A DNA stretch of 64,000 nt, taken from assembly GCF_009914755.1 (NCBI RefSeq), contig NC_060925.1; one strand, 5' to 3'. Source of the DNA: the human T2T-CHM13v2.0 reference genome, Homo sapiens. This document shows, piece after piece, positions 52,543 to 64,000 of this stretch. The notes beneath the pieces are model-generated. The model was given only the letters and a program-made list of their open reading frames with translations. It was not told where the DNA came from and did no database searches. Numbering within the stretch: the first letter of the stretch is position 1; each line of letters opens with the position of its first letter. Position numbers and translations under genes: made by a program.

Positions 52543-55500
52543 AGAGATAATGGTGGATGGGAGGCAGGACTAGATTGCAGCTCCCACTTGGATGGAAAGA
52601 GCAGAATGTGGAGGCTTGCACTGTGAACTTTTGCTCCAGAATGACTGCAGGAATAAATCAGGAAAGCTGAGAGAATTGATAGACCATCTGAAGGAAGTGG
52701 ATTGCTCCTGCAGGACCCGGAAGACACCCCAAATACTGTGCTGGCTGGTATCCATGACTGAGAGACCCACAGACAGTTCACATCACACGACTCTGTGCAG
52801 ACAACCCCCAGTACCAGCCCAGAGCCTGGTAGACTTGCTGGGTGGCTAGATCCAGAGGAGATAACAATCACTACATCTTGGCTCTCAGGAAGCCACATCC
52901 CTAGGAAAAGGGGGAAACCACTACATCAAGGGAACACTCCATGGGACAAAAGAATCTGAACCACAGCCTTGAGCCCTAGGCCTTTCCTATGACAGAGCCT
53001 ACCCAAATGAGAAGGAATCAGAAAACCAACTCTGGTAATATGACAAAGTTCTTTAACACCCCCCAAAAATCACACTAGCTCACCAGCAATGGATCCAAAA
53101 CAAGAAGAAATCCCTGATTAACCTAAAAAAGAGTTCAGAAGTTTCATTATTAAGTTAATCAGGGCGATCCAGAGAAAGGCAAAGCACAATTTAAGGAAAT
53201 CCAAAAAATGATACAAGAAATGAGGGGAGAAATTTCCAATGAGATAGATAGCATAATTAAAAAACAATAAAAACTTCAGGAAACCATGGACGCACTTATA
53301 GAAATGCAAAATGCTCTGGAAAGTCTCAGCAATAGAATTGAACAAGCAGATGAAAGAACTTCAGAGCTCAAAGACAAGGTTTTTGAATTAACCCAATCCG
53401 ACTAAGACAAAAAAAAAAAAAAAGAATAAGAAAGTATGAACAAAGCCTCCAAGAAGTCTGGGATTATGTTAAATAACCAAATCTAAGTATAATTGGCATT
53501 TTTGAGGAAGAAGAGAAATCTAAAAGTTTGGAAAACATATTTGGGGGGATAATCGAGGGAAACTTCCCTGGCCTTGCTAGAGACCTAGACATCCAAATAC
53601 AGGAAACTCACAGAACACCTGGGAAATTCATCACAAAAAGATCATCACCTAGTCACATTATCGTCAGATTATCTAAAGTTAAGATGAAAGAAAGAATCTT
53701 AAGAGCTGTGAGACAAAAGACCAGGTAACCTGTAAAGAAAAACCTATTGGATTAACAGCAGATTTCTCAGCAGAAACCCTGTAAGCTAGAAGGGATTGGG
53801 GCCCTATATTCGGCCTCCTCAAACGATTGGGGTCCTATATTCAGCCTCCTCAAACAAAACAATTATCAGCCAAGAATTTTGTATCCAGTGAAACTAAGCT
53901 TCATAAATGAAGGAAAGATATAGTCTTTTTCAGACAATCAAATGCTGAGAGAATTTGTCACTACCAAGCCAGCACTATAAGAACTGCTAAAAAGACCTCT
54001 AAACCTTGAAACAAATCCTGGAAACACATCAAAACAGAACCTGTTTAAAGCATAAATTTCACAGGACCTATAAAACAAAAATACAATTGAAAAAAAACCC
54101 AGAAAACTAAGGTATACAGGCAACGAATAGCATGATAAATGGAATGGAACCTCACATCTCAATACTAATGTCGAATGTAAATGGCCTAAATGCTCCACTG
54201 AAAAAATACGGAATTGCAGAATGGATAAGAATTCACCAACGAACTACTTGCTGCCTTCAAGAGACTAACCTAACACATAAGGACTCACATAAACTTAAGG
54301 TAAAGGGGTGGAAAAAGTCATTCCATGCAAATGGACACAAAACATGAGCAGGAGTAGCTATTCTTATATCAGTCAAAATAAACTTTAAAGCAACAGCAGT
54401 TAAAAAAGATGAAGAGGGACATTATATAATGATAAAAGGCCTTGTCCAACAAGAAAATATCAGAATCCTAAGTATATATGCACCTAACACTGAAGCCCCC
54501 AAATTTATAAAACAATTACTGCTAGACCTAAGAAATGAGATAGAAAGCAACACAATAATAGTGGGGGACTTCAATACTCCTCTGACAGCACTAGACAGGT
54601 TATCAAGACAGAAAGTCAACAAAGAAACAATGGATTTAAACTATACCCTGGGACAAATGGACTTAACAAAAGGCATTCTACCCAACAACCGCAGAATATA
54701 CATTCTATTCATCAGCGTATGGAACTTTCTCCAAGATAGACCATATGATAGGCTACAAAATAAGCCTCAATAAATTTAAGAAAATTAAAATTATATAAAG
54801 CACTCTCTCAGACCACAGTGGAATAAAACTGGAAATCAACTCCAAAAGGAACCTTCAAAACCATGTAAATACATGGAAATTAAATAAACTGCTCCTGCAT
54901 CCTTTATTGGGTCAACAATGAAATCAAGATGAAAATTAAAAATTTCTTTGAACTGAACAATAATAGTGACACAACCTGTCAAAACCTCTGAGATACAGAA
55001 AAGGCAGTGCTAAGAGGAAAATTTATCTTCCTAAACACCTACATTAAAAAGTCTGAAAGAGCACAAACAGACAATCTAAGGTCACACCTCAAGGAACTAC
55101 GGAAATAAGAACAAACCAAACCCAAACCCAGCAGAGAAAGGAAATAAGCAAGATCAGATCAGAACTAAATGAAATTGAAACAAAAAAAGAAGATAAATGA
55201 AATAAAAGCTAATTCTTTGAAAAGATAAATACAGTTGATAGACCATTAGCAAGATTAACCAAGAAAAGAAGAGAGAAAATTCAAATAAGCTCAAATAGAG
55301 GAGATGGATAAATTCCTGGAATGATACAATCCTCCTAGCTTAAATCAGGAAGAATTAGATACCCTGAACAGACCAGTAATAAGCAGTGAGATTGAAATGG
55401 TAATTAAAAAATTACCAACAAAAAAACTCCAGGACCAGATGGATTCACAGCAGAATTCTACCAGACATTCAAAGAAGAATTGGTACCAATCCCATTGACA

Positions 55501-58063
55501 GTATTCCACAAGATAGAGGAAGAGGGAATCATCCCAAATTCTATGAAGCCAGTATCACCCTAATACCAAAACCAGGAAATGACATAACCAAAAAGAAAAC
55601 TACAGACCAGTATCCCTGACGAACATAGATGCAAAAATCCTTAACAAAATGCTAGCTAACCAAATCCAATGGCATATCAAAAGATGATTTTCCATGATCA
55701 AGTGGGTTTCATGCCAGGGATACAGGGATGTTTTAACATACACAAGTCAATAAATGTGATATACCACATAAACAGAATTAAAAACAAAAATCACATGATC
55801 ATCTCAATGGATGCAGAAAAAGCATTTGACAAAATCCAGCATTGCTTTACGATTAAACTGTCAGCAAAATTGGCATACAAGGGACATACCTCAATATAAT
55901 AAAAGTCGTCTATGACAAACCCATAGCCAACATAATACTGAATGGGGAAAAGTTGAAAGCATTCCCTCTGAGAACTGGAACAAGACAAGGATGCCCACTC
56001 TCACCACTTCTCTTCAACATAGTACTGGAAGTCCTAGCCAGAGCAATCAGACAAGAGAAAGAAATAAAGGACATCCAAATCAGCAAAGAGGAAGTCAAAC
56101 TGCCACTTTTTGCTGATGATATGATTGTTTACCTAGAAAATCCTCAAGACTCTTCCAGAAAGCTCCTAGAACTGATAAAATAATTCAGCAAAGTTTCTGG
56201 ATACAAAATTAATGTTCACGGATCAGTAGCTCTTCTATACACCAACAGTGACCAAGCTGAAAATCAAATGAAGAGCTCAACCCCTTTTACAGTAGCTGCA
56301 CAAAATAAAAACAAATAATAACAACAAAAAACTTAGAAATATATCTCACCAAGGAGAAGAAAGATCTCTACAAGGAAAACTACAAAACATGGCTGAAAGA
56401 AACCATGGATGACACAAACAAATGGAAACACATCCCATGCTCATGGATAGGTAGAATCAATATTGTAAAAATGACCATACTGCCAAAAGCAATCTACAAA
56501 TTCAATGAAATTCCCATAAAAATACCACCATTGTTCTTCACAGAACTAGAAAAAAGAATCCTAACATTCATATGGAACCAAAGAACATTCCACATAGCCA
56601 AAGCAAAAAGAATAAATCTGAAGGCATCACATTACCTGATTTCAAACTATACTGTAGAGCCATGGTCACCAAAACAGCATGGTACTGGTGTATAAATAGT
56701 CACAGAGACCAATGGAGCAGAATAGAGAATGCAGAAATAAGCCCAAATACTTACAGCCAACTGATTTTTGACAAAGCAAAGAAAAACATAAAGTAGGGAA
56801 AGAACACCCTATTCAACAAATGGTGCTGGGATAATTGGCAAGCCACATGTAGGAGAATGAAACTGAATCCTCATCTCTCACCTTATACAAAAATCAACTC
56901 AAGATGGATCAACGACTTAAATCTAAGACCTGAAACTATAAATATTTTAAAAGATAACATTGGAAAACCTTTCTATACATTAGCTTAGGCAAGGATTTCA
57001 TGACCAAGAACCCAAAAGCAAATTCAATAAAAACAAAGATAAATAGCTGGCATTTAATTAAACTAAAGAGCTTTTGCACAGCAAAAGGAACAGTCAGCAG
57101 AGTAAATAGACAACCCACAGAGTAGGAGAAAATCTTCACAATTTATACATGTGACAAAGGACTAATATCCAGAATCTACAATGAACTCAAACAAATTGGC
57201 AAGGAAAAATAAACAATCTCATCGAAAAATGGGCTAAGGACATGAATAATCAATTCTCAAAACAAGATATACAAATGGCCAACAAACATGAAAAAATGCT
57301 CGACATCACTAATGATCAGAGAAATGCAAATCAAAACCAGAATGTGATACTACCTTACTCCTGCAAGAATGGCCATAATAAAAAAATAAAAAAAAATAGA
57401 TGTTGGTGTGGATGCAAAGAATAGGGAACACTTCTACACTGCTGGTGGGAAGGTAAACTAGTACAATCACTATGGAAAACAGTGTGGAGATTCCCTAAAG
57501 AACTAAAATTAGAACTACCATTTGATTTTGTAATCCCACTATTGAATATCTACTCAGAGGAAAAGAAGTCATTATATGAAAAAGATACTTGCACACACAT
57601 GTTTATAGCAGCACAACTTGAAACTGCAAAAATGTGGAACCAACCTAAATGCCCATCAATCAACAAGTAGGTAAAGAAATTTTGGCATACATATATGATG
57701 GAATACTACTCAGCCATAAAAAGGAATGAATCAATGGCATTTGCAACGACCTGGATGAAATTGGAGACTTAATTCTAAGTGAGGTAACTCAGGAATGGAA
57801 AACCAAACATTGTATATTCTCATTCATAAGTGGGAGCTAAGCTATGAGGATGCAAATGCATAAAAATGACACAATGGACTTTGGAGACTCAGGGGAAAGG
57901 GTGGGAAGGGAGTGAGGAGTAAAAGACAACAAATAGGATGCAGTGCACACTGCTCAGGTGATGAGTGCACCAAAATCTCACAAATCACCACTAAAGAACT
58001 TACTCATATACAAACACCACCTGTTCTCCAATAACCTATGGAAATAAAAAAATTTTAAAAAAA
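52543..58063 (+). mobile_element. Near-full-length decayed L1 (L1PB1-like)
   Basis: 5'UTR start gataatggtggatgggaggcaggactagattgcagc; ORF1 remnants (~53030-54050); ORF2 EN (VNGLN, GDFNTPL) and RT (QGCPLSP, FADDM) motifs with stops/frameshifts; L1PB-type 3'UTR and A tail; 12-bp TSD aaaagaaaatga at 52431-52442 and 58060-58071. Confidence 0.93.
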
Positions 58064-58550
58064 GAAAATGAATTGCATGTACCCTGTATTATATATAGTG
58101 AGACAAATTTTTTCCGCCTAGACAGAAATTATCTATTCTAGTAGGCTTTCCTCATTCTGCCCATGGAATTCATATATTCCCACTAGAAAATAAGTTCCAT
58201 GGCCAAGACTTTATCCAGTTTGATTAGTGCTCTATCTCCAGCCCCTAAACAGCACATAGTAGGAATTTAATAAATATTTGGTGAAAGGATGAATTTTTTC
58301 TTATCACAAAAAGGAAAGTTTATATATAGGGAATATAATTGTCTTTCCTTTCTAGGTAACCTTTAATAAAATATTCCTGAAAGTCTGTAAAATTTATTTA
58401 TCCTTGAAGTTAGCCATTGCACCATGCTATGTCTAGTTATGAGTCTTATTTCGTGAATTTTGTCTAATATTTGGTCTGGTCTGAAATTTCTTTTAATTTT
58501 TTTCTTTTAAATTGCTCCTGGCTGTTGTCCTGCCTGCTTCTGAAACTATT

Positions 58551-58865
<315 letters not shown>

Positions 58866-59504
58866 TGAAACTATTATTAATTATTTGATCTTCTGGATCT
58901 ATCTTATTTTTCTGATGTCTTTCCTTCTATAATTTTCCTTTTATTATTTTTTTCTTCAAATTCTGAGAGAATTCTTCCAGCTGAGCTTCTATTTAATTTT
59001 CTTTTATGCTCAGTTTTTCATTCATCTCCAGGAAGACTTTTCTATTCTCTCATTATTATTTATTTCTGTATTGCCTGCTCTTGATTTAGGCTTGGAGATA
59101 TGAATTATGAATAAGACTTTAATTATTTTTCCCTTTTGTCTTAAACTAGCTCACAGTAAAATGCTCAGAATGACCCTCTTCTTTGAACTGCTGATTATTT
59201 TATTGTTTGCATTGCTTTTAATTTAAATTTATGTTTTCTTATACAAGGCTTTTTTTAAAAATTTAACATCAGTAACTGAAATAAGCCTCAGTGAAGATCA
59301 GTTATGTCCATGTAAGTATTTTTCAGATAATGACTTTTTATTTTTCAACCGTCATTCCCCAAATCCTGCATCCTCAAGTATTCAGACAGCTGGTGTAGTT
59401 TAGGATTAGAAGTACAGTTGACATGTATTGTCTTGTCTGGCAATCAGCTCTCATTTCCTTTGGGAAAAGTATACCTCCTCATTTGGGAAAATACTTCTCT
59501 AGCA

Positions 59505-59808
59505 TTTTTTTTTTTTTTTTGAGACAGAGTCTTGCTCTGTCATTCAGGCTATAGTGCAGTGGTACGATCTTGGCTCACTACAACCTCCACCTCCCAGGTT
59601 CAAGTGATTCTCCTGTCTCAGCCTCCTGAGTAGCTGGGACTACAGGTGTGTGGCACCATGCCTGGCTAATTTTTGTATTTTTAGTAGAGACGGGGTTCAC
59701 TACTAAAAATTTGGCCAGGCTGGTCTCAAACTCCTGACCTCAAGTGATCCTTCCACCTATGGCCTCCCAAAGTGCTGGGATTACAGGTGTGAGCCACTGC
59801 GTCTGGCC
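59505..59808 (-). mobile_element. Alu (AluSx-like)
   Basis: Antisense Alu with polyT. Confidence 0.92.
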
Positions 59809-60408
59809 CTTTCTAGCTCTAAAATGTATTCTGAGAGAACTTTTCTTTCTTGTCTCAGGGATCTAGGAGTGAACACTTGCTCCAACTGAGTCACAGTTCT
59901 GCTCACCCAATTCCAATGAGGCGGTCACATGACCCAAGCTGAGTCAGTAAGATTTTTAAAAACTGGATTAAGAGGGAAAAGCCTTCTCTTTCTGGTGACT
60001 AAGATGAGAGGCTATGAACCAGGAGCCAGTGTGGTTATAGTTACACCTGAATGGAGACTCTCTAGTCAGGTGAAATGCACTGATGACCAAAGAGAAGCAG
60101 AAAGGAGAGCTAGAGAGTGCTAATTTTAGTCTTTCTGCGGTTCACTTAGACTCCTGAAATTTTATTAAGTGGGACAATAACAATTTTTTATTAAACAAGT
60201 CAGTTTGTTTAGATTTCTTTCATCTACCCTCCAAAGGTCTCCAGTAAAAGACACGTTTTCAAGAATGCTAATGACAATGACTTTTCTCAAGGGCACAGAT
60301 GCCATTGAGCTCCTAGGTAAGGTTCTATATCATTCCAGTACGTTACAACACTCTACATAGACGTCAGAGCAACTATATAATTGTATTTGAGAGATTTTTC
60401 AGGATTGC

Positions 60409-60837
60409 TGATATAGTTTGGATATTTGCCCTTTCCCAAATCTCATGTTTAATTGTAATTCCTAACGCTGGAGGTGGGTCCTGGTGGGTTGTGTTTGGAT
60501 CATGGGAGCAGATTCCTCATGAATGGCTTAGGCCATCCTCTTTGGTAATAAGTGACCTCTCTCTCTGAGTTCACAGGAGATATCGTCATTTAAAAGTGTA
60601 TGGAATTGCCCACTCTCTCTCTCACTTGCTCCTGCTCTGGACATATGACATGCCTGCTCCCCCTTAGCCTTCTACCATGCTTGTAAACTTCCTGAGGCCT
60701 CATCAGAAGCCAAGCAGATGCCCAGTTCCATGTTTCCTATAATGCCTGCAAAATCATGAGCCAATTTAAACTCTTTTCTTTATAAATTACCCAGTCTCAG
60801 GTATTTCTTTATAGTAATGCAAGAATGGCCTAATATA
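60409..60837 (+). mobile_element. MSTB-like solo MaLR LTR
   Basis: tgatatagtttggat..aaattacccagtctcagg..ggcctaatata; perfect 5-bp TSD attgc. Confidence 0.9.
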
Positions 60838-61153
60838 ATTGCTCACAATAAAGTGCTCTCTTCCTGAGAAATGTAGATGTTTGACAGCTAAGTGATCTTG
60901 AGACCTTTGAGTGTTTGTGAGGAGTTTTACCTTCAGAGACCACTGATATCCCACCTAGTACAAAGTAGATGGAAGTCCCTAAATTCTCCAAAGATTCTGG
61001 TAAAGACTGTAGTATGAAATGGACCATCCACATCTACTGAGAAAAACTGGGAGGACAGTGACAGGTACTTGTAGTCATGTTGCCATATCCCATATAATTC
61101 TGTGCTGTATTTGTATGTAATAGGATGATTTACAGGAAAAAAAATCATTTGGG

Positions 61154-64000
<2,847 letters not shown>

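Noticed and set aside
53528-57670. Multiple ORFs with endonuclease/reverse-transcriptase motifs as a novel RT system
   Set aside because: Fragments of a frameshifted, stop-containing L1 ORF1/ORF2; not intact.

Overview
Human (primate) genomic DNA from the RPE65-DEPDC1 locus (chr1p31), recognised from translated exons. On the minus strand it carries the first three exons and promoter of RPE65 (left edge; the gene runs off the window). It also carries the complete 12-exon DEPDC1 gene, whose CDS I assembled by hand from GT-AG junctions: 2436 nt = 811 aa + stop, with an in-frame 852-nt cassette exon 8 whose skipping gives 527 aa. DEPDC1 has a CpG-island cell-cycle promoter and signs of a divergent/antisense spliced RNA. 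The rest is mostly interspersed repeats (15 Alus, two L1s, MaLR/ERV1 LTRs, a Tigger-type MITE, microsatellites). I see no new multi-gene system. The most unusual items are: (i) a near-full-length L1PB whose target-site duplication also encloses an ~84-bp THE1/MaLR LTR piece ending at the LTR splice donor, i.e. an apparent LTR-driven, spliced 5' transduction; (ii) a poly(A)-tailed retrocopy of a TUBB8-type 3' end 1.6 kb upstream of RPE65; (iii) an optimal-Kozak uORF stopping 7 nt before the weak-context DEPDC1 ATG; (iv) an ~90-bp local templated insertion copied across 7.9 kb into an MLT1 LTR; (v) QKI/RBFOX motifs flanking cassette exon 8. Almost all entries in the supplied ORF track are repeat-derived or spurious. 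Repeat subfamily names are from memory of consensus sequences and need RepeatMasker/Dfam confirmation.
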